DNA from: an uncultured virus (IMG/VR IMGVR_UViG_2773857995_000001)
Taxonomy: Duplodnaviria; Heunggongvirae; Uroviricota; Caudoviricetes
Virus record (IMG/VR): IMGVR_UViG_2773857995_000001
Coordinates: 1-64,000 of that record
Strand: one strand, 5' to 3'
Length of the DNA: 64,000 nt
Both the position numbers and the translations under genes were made by a program. The notes under the pieces were generated by a model. It made no database searches. It was given only the letters and a program-made list of their open reading frames with translations, and had not been told where the DNA came from. This document shows, piece by piece, positions 45,688 through 55,269 of this stretch. Positions within the stretch are counted from its first letter, which is position 1; the number at the start of each line of letters is the position of its first letter.

Positions 45688-46812
45688 ATGGCAGTTGCAC
45701 AAACGTATGATTTCCAGCAACAAGTTCGTGATATGCAAGCGAACGTAGACTTAATTCTTACGAAGGCTCCGGTTCTTTTCGGTTTGATTGGAACAGGTGA
45801 ATCCCTAACGCAAACCAAATTCGAATGGCAGAACGATTACCTGAACAGCGACACAGCAATTGCTAAAGATGCCGCAGCGGCCGACGCAACCGAGATCCAA
45901 CTAGACGCAGGCGACGCCCGCAAATTTACAGAGAACGCACTTGTACAAAACGGTCTCGAAGTATTGCGAGTAACAAAAGTCGACGAAGCTGCCGACAAAA
46001 TTACGGTCCAACGTGGATATGACGCGACTACTCCAGAAGCCATCGAAGCAAACGGTGAGCTGAAGGTTATCTCTCGTCCTCGTCCAGAAGGTGAGTCCGT
46101 GCTTAGAAAGAACGAAATCAATGACCGTATTGTATCGTTCAACTACTCTCAAATTTTCACGCGTTACGCTTCCGTTTCTCGTACGCAACAACAAGTTAAT
46201 ACTTACGGAGTTGCTGACGAGCTTGACTACCAGGTTAACTTGCGTTTACAAGAGATGGTTCGCGAAATTAACAACTCTCTAATCTATGGACGTAAATACC
46301 AAGGGTCTGATCTGCAACCTCGTACATCAGGTGGATTATTTGCGTTTGCTCAAGAGCAAGGATCTGCTTCAAAAGATTTCGGAGGTAAGGAAATCACAGC
46401 AAAAGGCTTGAACGATGCTATCGAAGAAACTTTCAAACGCGGCGGACGTGTGAACACAATTCTTTGTGCGCCGAACGTTTCTCGTCAGATCACTAAACTT
46501 GCGGGCGATACTATCCGTACAACTCGCGGAGAGGGCCAAGTCGGTTATCAGATCATGTCCTTCATGAGTGATCTTCCTGGCGGCGCAGTTTCTCAAGTCG
46601 TTGTCGATCAAAACATGCCTAAAGATCGTGCAGTGTTGCTTGATCTTGACAATATCAAAGCGCGCTACCTGACTTCTATTTACGACCAAGATGCTACAGA
46701 ACCGGGCGCTGACTACTTCGCGCGTGTAATCCGTGGTGAACTTGGTTTCGAAATCAAAAACGCAAAAGAGTCAGTAGCAATCCTTTCCGGAATCTCTAAA
46801 ACTGTTTCCTAA
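45688..46812 (+). CDS. Major capsid protein (DUF5309/SU10-like)
   Basis: After scaffold; FEWQND; NYSQIFTR; RTSGGL. Confidence 0.85.
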   Translation: MAVAQTYDFQQQVRDMQANVDLILTKAPVLFGLIGTGESLTQTKFEWQNDYLNSDTAIAKDAAAADATEIQLDAGDARKFTENALVQNGLEVLRVTKVDEAADKITVQRGYDATTPEAIEANGELKVISRPRPEGESVLRKNEINDRIVSFNYSQIFTRYASVSRTQQQVNTYGVADELDYQVNLRLQEMVREINNSLIYGRKYQGSDLQPRTSGGLFAFAQEQGSASKDFGGKEITAKGLNDAIEETFKRGGRVNTILCAPNVSRQITKLAGDTIRTTRGEGQVGYQIMSFMSDLPGGAVSQVVVDQNMPKDRAVLLDLDNIKARYLTSIYDQDATEPGADYFARVIRGELGFEIKNAKESVAILSGISKTVS

Positions 46813-46817
46813 TTAAC

Positions 46818-46844
46818 GGGGCCTTTCGAGGCCCTTTTTATTTT
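46818..46844 (+). terminator. Rho-independent terminator
   Basis: GGGGCCT-TTCG-AGGCCCTTTTT. Confidence 0.85.
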
Positions 46845-46863
46845 GAAAGGGGTGAGGCCGTAA

Positions 46864-47283
46864 ATGGCTTTAAGTAATGAAGACGTACAACGATTGAACC
46901 TTATTTCACCGGCTGCAAACGATTTGAAACTCGGTGATATTATCCAAAGTTTGCTCGCGGCATCCGGAGGTCCTGCCGAAATTCCAGACGGATCTATCAC
47001 AACCGAAAAACTAGCGGATGGCGCGGTCCTTAACGCTAAGATCGGCGACGGCTCCGTACAAAACCGGAACATTGGAACCGGAAGCGTTCAAGAAAACAAT
47101 CTCGGCGCTAAGTCGGTTACTATGGCGAAACTAGGCGACGACGTAACCGCAGCATTAGACGCAAAACTAACCGCATCCAAAGCGGCTACACAAGCGAACA
47201 GCACAGCTACAGACGTTGCCGGCATTGTTGCCGACTTTAACGCATTACTTGCGAAACTTAAAACGGCGAAGTTGATGGCGTAA
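46864..47283 (+). CDS. Head fibre/decoration protein with decapeptide repeats
   Basis: DGSITTEKLA/DGAVLNAKIG/DGSVQNRNIG repeats; DFNALLAKLK C-terminus. Confidence 0.75.
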   Translation: MALSNEDVQRLNLISPAANDLKLGDIIQSLLAASGGPAEIPDGSITTEKLADGAVLNAKIGDGSVQNRNIGTGSVQENNLGAKSVTMAKLGDDVTAALDAKLTASKAATQANSTATDVAGIVADFNALLAKLKTAKLMA

Positions 47284-47474
47284 TGGCGGAATATAAGACG
47301 TTACCAAACTACGAATTTAGCAGAGAAGGTCTATACATCGTCTTTAACGGATACGGCGTTTATAAAACGAATGTTGAAAAGGAGATCGAAGCGCTCGATA
47401 AATGCGCACCGTTCATTCAGCGTGTGGATAAACCGGCGGCCAAGCCGAAAGCAGCGGCTAAACCGAAAAAATAA
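47283..47474 (+). CDS. Small head-associated protein
   Basis: TAATG coupling; basic tail. Confidence 0.65.
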   Translation: MAEYKTLPNYEFSREGLYIVFNGYGVYKTNVEKEIEALDKCAPFIQRVDKPAAKPKAAAKPKK

Positions 47475-47488
47475 CGGAGGTGATTCAT

Positions 47489-47827
47489 GTGGCGGTTGAA
47501 GATCGACTAAGAACGCGTTTATCACGAGTGCCGGGCGTCACAGCGGATGACATCGCCGCATGGACTGCCGAAGCTGTTAAGGAAAGCGGCCTGAATCCGG
47601 AAGAACACGAAAATGCCGTGCTGTTTTGCGCACTCGGAATCGCCTATGAAACGATTGCGTCGGAAGCAGCTCGGTTTTTTAGTTTCGGAGATGGTGAGGA
47701 AACGATCGACAAGACGAATATCTTTGCGAATTACTCGCAGCTTGCGAAAGACGCGAAGAAAGATTTCCGTAAGCAACTCCGATTACTGACGAGTCAAAGC
47801 TTCGCACCAAGGGCGGATGGGCGATGA
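47489..47827 (+). CDS. Head-tail adaptor (putative)
   Basis: Synteny; GGAGG SD before GTG. Confidence 0.6.
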   Translation: MAVEDRLRTRLSRVPGVTADDIAAWTAEAVKESGLNPEEHENAVLFCALGIAYETIASEAARFFSFGDGEETIDKTNIFANYSQLAKDAKKDFRKQLRLLTSQSFAPRADGR

Positions 47828-48633
47828 GTAAGCAGGCGGAACTAGAACGACAGCTTAAAAAGGTGTCGATGGAATATCGAAAGTTTAACGCAGAGCAACA
47901 GGAGTTTGCGATTAAGGAGATCGGCCGGATTCGGTTAGAAATTATCGACATGCTCTCGGAGTACAGCGGCAGCGACGGAACTATTAAGAAGCAGCGTTTG
48001 AACAAACTACTTCGTGAGCTTGAGTCGATAGAAAAACTCGTACGGGATACCGGCATGGATGCGCTAAGCAAAGTTATCTCGGAGACGGCATCATTTACGA
48101 ACGACGGGATCAAAAAATCGCTATCGGACGTTGTTGGTGCCGCAGCGATCTCCGGAGTTGCTTTCGATAAGATCAACAAAAACGTGCTGCGATACATGAT
48201 CAACCGTCTAGGGGCCGATGATCTCGTTTTATCCGATCGTGTTTGGAACTTTGCCGGTGATCAGCGCGCCGAGCTCACAAAGGTTATTCGGTCCGGAATT
48301 ATCCGGGGAGATTCGGTTAATACGATCAGCGCAAACGTGCGGAAAGTCTACGACAATGATGCGTGGAAGATACGACGTTTAGTTGTGACGGAAGGGAATA
48401 CGGCGCATCGCGTCGCTACGGCCTATTCTGCGCAACAAAGCCAAGTCGTTAAGGCGGTTCGGGTTCATCGCGGGAAGGCAAACCGTCCGGACCACCGATG
48501 TACGCAGCTCGAACTCGAAGACCGTTACGGAATGGGACCCGGCCTATACAAACCGACCGATTCCGAAATCTACATGATGCACATTAATTGCACCGGGTAC
48601 CTGACGTATGAAATCGATCCGAAATACCTTTAG
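47824..48633 (+). CDS. Minor capsid protein (Mu gpF/SPP1 gp7-like)
   Basis: LSDRVW; RRLVVTEGN; HINCTG. Confidence 0.7.
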   Translation: MSKQAELERQLKKVSMEYRKFNAEQQEFAIKEIGRIRLEIIDMLSEYSGSDGTIKKQRLNKLLRELESIEKLVRDTGMDALSKVISETASFTNDGIKKSLSDVVGAAAISGVAFDKINKNVLRYMINRLGADDLVLSDRVWNFAGDQRAELTKVIRSGIIRGDSVNTISANVRKVYDNDAWKIRRLVVTEGNTAHRVATAYSAQQSQVVKAVRVHRGKANRPDHRCTQLELEDRYGMGPGLYKPTDSEIYMMHINCTGYLTYEIDPKYL

Positions 48634-48648
48634 AAAGGCGGTGGCTGC

Positions 48649-49038
48649 GTGATTGATTCGTATGATATTGCATTTATGAAACAAGCGCGTGAAGATATGG
48701 TCGGCGGTCGGATGCATGAGATTGCGGTAATTTATGAGGCGGGATTCACCAACGATCCGATTACTGACGAGAAGAAACCGGTATATGACGAGATAAAGAT
48801 CCCGTCCGTAGTTACCGAAATCAGTTCGGAGGTCAAGATCGATCGACAACTTCTGGATAGTATCGATGTAGAGGGCGGAGACATCTGGTTTTCTATTGCT
48901 ATCGACCTGATCGCGGATATTTACGAAAATATCAAACGCGTTATCTATGACGGAAAAAATTACGAGGTCCTTTCGAAAGACAAGAAAGGAATCGGCGAAC
49001 GGAATCATGCGGAGTTCGTTGGGAGGCGGATAACGTGA
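48649..49038 (+). CDS. Head closure protein (putative)
   Basis: Synteny; beta-rich. Confidence 0.55.
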   Translation: MIDSYDIAFMKQAREDMVGGRMHEIAVIYEAGFTNDPITDEKKPVYDEIKIPSVVTEISSEVKIDRQLLDSIDVEGGDIWFSIAIDLIADIYENIKRVIYDGKNYEVLSKDKKGIGERNHAEFVGRRIT

Positions 49039-49391
49039 GGAACGGAAGGGTTCGTATTGATATAGAGGGTGTTAACCGAGTAGTTCGCGCCTTGGAATAC
49101 GAAGGTCTTGTCCGCGATATCAGTAACACGACCGAGGCATACACACGAAAGATGGCGAATGAATCTGCGGGTTATGCTCCGGTTAAGACCGGTAAGCTGC
49201 GCAATTCTATCGCCGCAAGTCCGGAAGAAATCGACCAAACGACGTGGGAGTATGGTTCAGACGTAGATTATGCGAAGATTCAAGAATATACGAACAAAAC
49301 GCACAAAGCGTTCATTAGAAAAACCGTTTGGAACAACGAGCTGCCATATACGGAGAAAATAAACAGTCTTGTCCGTCAGTTAGGGCGGTGA
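49035..49391 (+). CDS. HK97 gp10-like tail completion protein
   Basis: APVKTGKLRNSI; VDYAKIQEY. Confidence 0.85.
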   Translation: MRNGRVRIDIEGVNRVVRALEYEGLVRDISNTTEAYTRKMANESAGYAPVKTGKLRNSIAASPEEIDQTTWEYGSDVDYAKIQEYTNKTHKAFIRKTVWNNELPYTEKINSLVRQLGR

Positions 49392-49828
49392 TTATTACGA
49401 AACAGATCGATTTACAATATTCGATTAAGCAACACCTCGCGGAAAAGACCGGATATAAAGTCGTCTGGATTTATGATGGCGTTACATTGCCGGAAACGAA
49501 ACCGTTTATCACGATCGAGCAAATGCAAAATAACACGTCGATGCTTGCGAAATTACGTGAGACAGTCCGTACAATCTACCACTTTCAAGTCGGAGTTTAC
49601 GCTAATTCAGCGACAGAACGAGCGGACGTTCAGGAGACAGTTCGAAAGATTTTTCTGTTCGATCAGTTCAAGTTAATAGATGCGGATGACCCGAGTTCTT
49701 TACTCGGGCTTTTTTGCGTGGATATGACGGCCGAGACGCCTATATCGGCCGAGGATTTATCGGACAAAACGAGCTACCATCGGGTCTTCTTTGATATCGA
49801 AGTGGGCGCGACGTACCAGGCTTATTAA
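49388..49828 (+). CDS. Tail terminator (putative; start GTG 49388 or ATT 49394)
   Basis: Synteny; PFITIE motif. Confidence 0.6.
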   Translation: MIITKQIDLQYSIKQHLAEKTGYKVVWIYDGVTLPETKPFITIEQMQNNTSMLAKLRETVRTIYHFQVGVYANSATERADVQETVRKIFLFDQFKLIDADDPSSLLGLFCVDMTAETPISAEDLSDKTSYHRVFFDIEVGATYQAY

Positions 49829-49845
49829 ACAAAGGGGGAGTTAAT

Positions 49846-50316
49846 TTGGCAGTAGAATATCGCGGCGAAGAAATTATATTCGCGGTCGTCATTGATGACG
49901 GTACCGGCGAAAAACTTGTGAGGCCGTTTAACCAAACGAGCGGATCAACGAACACTGAAGCAGATTCTATCGATCTTGATACAAAGGATAAGACTGGAAG
50001 TGACTACGGAAAAGTCACTCAATCCGTATCTTTCGAAGGCGTCATCACTGAAGGCGATCCATTTGTTAAGGCGATGAAAAAGAAAATCCGAAATAAAGAA
50101 TTCGTAAAAATTTACGAAATTGATACTCGTACAAAAGAAGCGGAAGTCGGGATGTACATGATTTCTTCTTTCGAGCGCGAGTTTAGTAATGGAGACTTCG
50201 CGACTTACTCACTTGAGGGATCGCTAAACGGTGAAATTACCGAACAGACACTGACGGAGATTCCGACGGGTGCGCCTAGCTCGGACACAAGCAACCCAAC
50301 GCCTACCACTCCCTAA
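49846..50316 (+). CDS. Major tail protein (TP901-1/SPP1 gp17.1-like)
   Basis: QTSGS..EADSIDLDTKD; ends in CCC TAA. Confidence 0.85.
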   Translation: MAVEYRGEEIIFAVVIDDGTGEKLVRPFNQTSGSTNTEADSIDLDTKDKTGSDYGKVTQSVSFEGVITEGDPFVKAMKKKIRNKEFVKIYEIDTRTKEAEVGMYMISSFEREFSNGDFATYSLEGSLNGEITEQTLTEIPTGAPSSDTSNPTPTTP

Positions 50317-50566
50317 TGCGCCCCAAAATCTATCATACACAGCTACGGCAGATAGCGTAACGGTGAAATGGGACTCGGTAGATGGGGCGACATCATACAA
50401 AGTTTATAGAGGAGAGGCCAAAAACTTAGATGCTGAAGTAACTGGACCGCCTCATACATTGACCGGCATCGCGGCGGATACGCAGCTCACGGTTAACGTA
50501 ACCGCAGTTAATGCTGCCGGAGAATCGCCAATGAGCGAGATCGTTACTCGCACCACAGCATCCTAA
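50312..50566 (+). CDS. FN3 extension of the major tail protein via +1 frameshift
   Basis: PNAPQNL..VTVKWDSVDGATSYKVY..VTAVNAAGES in the +1 frame at CCC-TAA. Confidence 0.85.
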   Translation, partial: PNAPQNLSYTATADSVTVKWDSVDGATSYKVYRGEAKNLDAEVTGPPHTLTGIAADTQLTVNVTAVNAAGESPMSEIVTRTTAS

Positions 50567-50578
50567 TTAAACAAATTC

Positions 50579-50603
50579 GGGGCGCCTTTCGGGCGTCCTT
50601 TTT
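50579..50603 (+). terminator. Rho-independent terminator
   Basis: GGGGCGCCT-TTC-GGGCGTCCTTTTT. Confidence 0.85.
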
Positions 50604-50622
50604 CAATAGGAGGAATCGGAAT

Positions 50623-50988
50623 ATGGCACGTTTTGAAATCGAAGGAAACGAATACGAACTAAAGCTAACATACGCAAGTGTTGAATACTTAAACGGACTA
50701 TACAAAGGCGGCTCATTCGAATTGATCGGAAAAGCGTTGATGGGTGATCTCGAAGCCTTCCCGAATATCATTCACGCTGGACTGTTCCATACCGGAAAGA
50801 ACTTCTCGATTAAAAAGGTTCGTGCGGCTATTGAAGCGGCTATCTCCGAAGAAAAGCTCGATATGGACGAAATTATGAAACTTTCAAACGAGGTTGTTTC
50901 TAAAAGTTTTTTCTACAAGAAGACGGTCGAGAAACTTCTGAAGAAAGATCCACAAGCATCGGAAATGCTAGCGGACTTTCTGAAATAG
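50623..50988 (+). CDS. Tail assembly chaperone (gpG-like)
   Basis: Between major tail protein and tape measure; slippery T TTT TTC at 50907-50913. Confidence 0.8.
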   Translation: MARFEIEGNEYELKLTYASVEYLNGLYKGGSFELIGKALMGDLEAFPNIIHAGLFHTGKNFSIKKVRAAIEAAISEEKLDMDEIMKLSNEVVSKSFFYKKTVEKLLKKDPQASEMLADFLK

Positions 50989-51290
50989 AAGAAGTCTTCC
51001 ACGCCGGCTGGCGTTTTCTTGGGAAGTCTCCGGATGAAATTCGAAAGCTAACTCCCCGTGAATTCTACGTTTTGTTAGACGCAGAACAGGAGCGGAAGTA
51101 TGACCGTTTCGAAGAGCATGCGCTAACCGCAATGATGATCGGAAAAGTCAACAACGCGCGGAAACGCATTAAACTCAGCGACCTATTCAAACGCCCGGAA
51201 AAAGCGGACGTATCAACGCAAAAAGCCGAGAATCTGTACGAGAAGCAGCAGAAAGCCAGCGAATGGTTGTCGCAGTTTGAAATCAAATAA
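50910..51290 (+). CDS. Tail chaperone gpGT-like extension via -1 frameshift
   Basis: -1 frame open from slippery site to TAA 51290; LGKSPDEIRKLTPREF. Confidence 0.75.
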   Translation, partial: FLQEDGRETSEERSTSIGNASGLSEIEEVFHAGWRFLGKSPDEIRKLTPREFYVLLDAEQERKYDRFEEHALTAMMIGKVNNARKRIKLSDLFKRPEKADVSTQKAENLYEKQQKASEWLSQFEIK

Positions 51291-51305
51291 GAAAGGAGGG
51301 GCTAA

Positions 51306-54300
51306 ATGGCGGACCATACTATTAACGTCCGAATAGGCGCTACGATTACGGATCTAACGCGGGAACTTAACCAAGCGCAAAGCAGGCTCGAAGACTTCGG
51401 TTCTCGGCTGTCGAGCATGGGGCAGAATATCGCGATGGGCTTCGGAGCTATAGCGGCTGGAGTCGGTGGCGGACTGGGAATGGCGGTCAATAAGGCTATG
51501 GACTTCGAGCAGCAAATGTCTAACGTTAAGGCAGTTTCTGGCGCAACCGGTGACGAGATGAAGAAACTTACGGACTTAGCGGTAGAACTCGGGGCTAAGA
51601 CGAAGTACAGCTCGTTAGAAGCCGGTCAGGGTATCGAGGAACTCATGAAGGCCGGTGTGTCTACTGCGGATATCTTAAACGGCGGATTAGCGGGCGCATT
51701 AGACTTGGCAACAGCCGGCGAGCTCGACCTTTCCGAAGCGGCTGAAATCGCATCGACTGCGCTTAATGCGTTTAGAAACGACAATCTGTCCGTTACTGAT
51801 GCGGCGAATATGCTCGCGGGTGCAGCTAACGCATCGGCGACCGACGTGCACGAATTGAAATATGGGCTTTCGATGGTTTCGGCTGTTGCTTCAGGGGTCG
51901 GCCTGTCATTTAAAGATACATCGACGGCTCTTGCTATATTCGCGCAGAACGGCCTTAAAGGATCAGATGCCGGTACGTCTCTCAAAACAATGCTGTTGAA
52001 TTTAACTCCGGCATCAGAAGCAGCTTATGGGCAGATGTTAGACCTCGGCTTAATCACAAAAGACGGATCTAGTATTTTCTATGATGCGAAAGGAAATTTG
52101 AAATCCTTTGCAGAAATAGCGCAGATTTTACAGGATAAATTAAAAGGACTAACAAAAGAGCAACAACAAGCAGCTTTGAAAACAATGTTCGGTACAGATG
52201 CGATCCGTGCAGCGAACATCATGATGAAAGAAGGCGCAAAAGGCGCTAATGCTATGTGGAAGTCGATGTCGAAAGTTACGGCTGCGGAAGTAGCTGCGGA
52301 GAAAATGAATAACTTAAAAGGCCAGATAGAAGAGCTTAGCGGTTCTTTTGAAACAGCACAGATTTCTATAGGAAATGCATTGCTTCCGGTGCTTTCTAAG
52401 TTAGTTAAATTTGTTCAAAAAGTCGTAGATGGGTTCAATAATCTATCTCCTGAGATGCAGAAATTTATTACGTATGTAGGAGCAACTGTAGCTGTCTTAG
52501 CCGGTTTTACTATGGCTGGCGGTTTATTGCTCATGTTCATCGGCTCCGTAGCATCCGGACTTGGCGCCCTAAGTACCGGTCTAGGTCTACTCGCAAACAA
52601 ATTTAACATGACCAAAAAAGCACTTTTGTTAGCGATGTTCCAGTTCGGCCTAATCTCCGCAGCAGCTATTGCGCTCGGAGTTGCGCTCGTGTACGCATAC
52701 AAACACAGCGATGTCATACGCGAGAAAATCACGGCGTTAGGCGAAGCAATCAGCGGGAAAGTGTCGCCGATGGTCGATAAACTTACGAAGTTATTCAAAG
52801 GCCTCGCGGAAACGCTGACCGGAGACTTTACGCAAGGATCGATCGCTCTTCACAATCTTCTGCCGCCTTCTGTTGCGAATGTTGTCGTCAAAGGAGTCGC
52901 GATCATCCGAGGTGCATTCGAGGATCTGAAGAAGACGATCACCGACGCATTTAACGGAGATTTTTCAGGATTAGCGGAATTCATTCCGAATATCATCGGA
53001 ATCATAATCGGCGGTATTCCGGGATTAATGGTCGCAGGATCGAAATACTTGCCGGCGATCGCGAAAGGTATCGAGCAGAATATGCCGAAGATTCTCGAAA
53101 CAGCGACTAAAGCCGTTAACTCTTTCGTCAACATGATCGTAAAGAATCTCCCTATTCTCCTACAAGCGGGTATTCAGATTATCCAAGGTTTGCTAGACGG
53201 ATTTACTCAATCACTACCTAGTATTCTAGCGGCCGTAACGCAGCTTATCGATTCGCTTGTCCAGACGATCGTCACTTTATTACCCGCGTTGATCGGTGCC
53301 GGCATTTTGATCTTGACTTCGCTAATCGAAGGAATAGTCGAGGCGCTGCCGCAAATCATCCAGGCGGCGACAACAATGCTGACGACGCTGATTAATACGA
53401 TCGTAACGCTTATGCCGATGATTATCCAGGCCGGAATACAAATTTTAAATGCGTTAATTTCTGGGATTATCCAGGTTCTTCCACAACTGATCGAAGCGGC
53501 GTTACAGTTAATTCTCGCACTTGCAAACGCGATCCTTGAAAATTTACCAACGATCATTAACGCAGGGATTCAAATTTTAACTAGTTTGATTGACGGCATC
53601 ATTCAAATTCTTCCGCAGCTCATCGAAATGGCGATTTATCTAGTCGTTACTGTAGCGCAAGCGTTAATCGAAAATCTACCGAAAATCATTGACGCCGGGA
53701 TTCAGTTATTGCTTGCTCTTATTGACGGGATTCTCCAAAACCTACCGCAATTAATTGAGGCAGCGATAGAGCTCATCTTTGCTATTGCGCAGGCTTTGAT
53801 AGAACATCTTCCTGAAATACTGGATGCCGGGATGCAGATCCTCATGGCGGTAGTTGATGGGATCATGCAAATGCTGCCGGAATTATTTTCAGTGGGTATG
53901 GAAATTGTCGGTGAAATTGCCGGCGCAATTATAGATAACAGCGGCCAAATTTTTGATGTAGGCGCTGATATAGTCAACGGTTTATGGGAAGGTATAGATT
54001 CGATGAAAGGGTGGCTCAATACCCAAATAGGCGGATTTGTAGACAGCGTTACGGACTCCTTTAAATCCTTCTTCGGAATTCACTCGCCGTCACGTCTATT
54101 CCGTGATGAAATCGGTAAATTCCTTCCGATGGGGCTTGCGTTAGGTATCGGGCGCAATATTGGCGTTGTCAAAGCGGCTGCAAACGAAATGGCAAATGCT
54201 GCGCTAATCAATCCGCAATCTTACGCTGTCAATCCGAGCATGGCGCTTGCCGGAGGAACACTCGGAACGGTTAAATACGCGGTTGAGTCCGGAAACGGAG

Positions 54301-54443
54301 TAGATCCGAAACAACAGCAGCCGATTGTTATCGAATCTGTATTCGTGGTTGATAGCGAAGAGCTTGGCCGTATGACAGAAAGCGCAGTCAGCGCTGAACA
54401 AGGCAAGAAAATAACGATCACAAACTATATGCGAGGTGAATGA
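51306..54443 (+). CDS. Tape measure protein (TP901 family core)
   Basis: DFEQQMSNVKAVSGAT; GSDAGTSLKTML; amphipathic repeats; GIHSPSR. Confidence 0.95.
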   Translation: MADHTINVRIGATITDLTRELNQAQSRLEDFGSRLSSMGQNIAMGFGAIAAGVGGGLGMAVNKAMDFEQQMSNVKAVSGATGDEMKKLTDLAVELGAKTKYSSLEAGQGIEELMKAGVSTADILNGGLAGALDLATAGELDLSEAAEIASTALNAFRNDNLSVTDAANMLAGAANASATDVHELKYGLSMVSAVASGVGLSFKDTSTALAIFAQNGLKGSDAGTSLKTMLLNLTPASEAAYGQMLDLGLITKDGSSIFYDAKGNLKSFAEIAQILQDKLKGLTKEQQQAALKTMFGTDAIRAANIMMKEGAKGANAMWKSMSKVTAAEVAAEKMNNLKGQIEELSGSFETAQISIGNALLPVLSKLVKFVQKVVDGFNNLSPEMQKFITYVGATVAVLAGFTMAGGLLLMFIGSVASGLGALSTGLGLLANKFNMTKKALLLAMFQFGLISAAAIALGVALVYAYKHSDVIREKITALGEAISGKVSPMVDKLTKLFKGLAETLTGDFTQGSIALHNLLPPSVANVVVKGVAIIRGAFEDLKKTITDAFNGDFSGLAEFIPNIIGIIIGGIPGLMVAGSKYLPAIAKGIEQNMPKILETATKAVNSFVNMIVKNLPILLQAGIQIIQGLLDGFTQSLPSILAAVTQLIDSLVQTIVTLLPALIGAGILILTSLIEGIVEALPQIIQAATTMLTTLINTIVTLMPMIIQAGIQILNALISGIIQVLPQLIEAALQLILALANAILENLPTIINAGIQILTSLIDGIIQILPQLIEMAIYLVVTVAQALIENLPKIIDAGIQLLLALIDGILQNLPQLIEAAIELIFAIAQALIEHLPEILDAGMQILMAVVDGIMQMLPELFSVGMEIVGEIAGAIIDNSGQIFDVGADIVNGLWEGIDSMKGWLNTQIGGFVDSVTDSFKSFFGIHSPSRLFRDEIGKFLPMGLALGIGRNIGVVKAAANEMANAALINPQSYAVNPSMALAGGTLGTVKYAVESGNGVDPKQQQPIVIESVFVVDSEELGRMTESAVSAEQGKKITITNYMRGE

Positions 54444-55258
54444 GGTTGAGTACGACTATCACGACGTTAACCGGAGCCGTTTATGACTTAGACGAAATCG
54501 GCATCACAACCCGTGAATTTAATCCGTCTTCTCCTTCACCTCGTCATTCAACGGAGCAAGTCGACGGATTAAACGGGCTTGTTGATTGCGGAACAACATA
54601 CGATGCCAGGACGATAAAGTGTTCGTTCTATTTAAAGGCCGCGGATATTCCGGATTATTACTTAATGCGCGACGAAGTATTTAAACTGTTTGAAACGCGG
54701 CAGCCGTTCTATATTACGGAATCGTATAATCCAGGTAAACGCTGGCTCGTCAAAACAAACGCATCATATTCGATCGATCAACAACGAATATACGGTATGT
54801 TCGATATCGAGCTTATTGCGTTCAGTCCGTTCGCAGAATCGATCGGAACCACGCTTAATCCGTTCACTTTCGATTCGGACTTATGGCAGATCGGCGAAGG
54901 GCTAATCGATGAGACTCCGGCATATAAGCACAAAACAACCTCGTTTAAAATTTTCAATGCAGGAACCGAGACGATTAACCCTCGCCAGTTTCCGTTAGTT
55001 ATCGTGTATAAAGGTGCGTCTAAAAACCTGACGATCACTAACAAGACGACAGGCGACGTTTGGAAATATACCGGATCAACAGCGTCAGGAGATACGATCA
55101 TTCTTAACGGAGTACGAGCAACGAAAAACAACGTTAGCATATTCGGCGCTACTAATCGAAAGCTACTTACGATAGCGCCCGGTTGGAACGACTTTAAATT
55201 ATCGGGTACGAGCGGAAGTTTCGAAATCTCATTCGACTTTCGCTTTTACTATTTATAG
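54440..55258 (+). CDS. Distal tail protein (Dit)
   Basis: After tape measure; PFAESIG; APGWNDF; FDFRFYYL. Confidence 0.85.
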   Translation: MRLSTTITTLTGAVYDLDEIGITTREFNPSSPSPRHSTEQVDGLNGLVDCGTTYDARTIKCSFYLKAADIPDYYLMRDEVFKLFETRQPFYITESYNPGKRWLVKTNASYSIDQQRIYGMFDIELIAFSPFAESIGTTLNPFTFDSDLWQIGEGLIDETPAYKHKTTSFKIFNAGTETINPRQFPLVIVYKGASKNLTITNKTTGDVWKYTGSTASGDTIILNGVRATKNNVSIFGATNRKLLTIAPGWNDFKLSGTSGSFEISFDFRFYYL

Positions 55259-55269
55259 GTGGTGGTTGC

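Noticed and set aside
46801..46864. Frameshift fusing the major capsid protein to the head fibre
   Set aside because: The gene ends TCC TAA, the +1 frame stops immediately, a terminator follows, and the next gene has its own SD.
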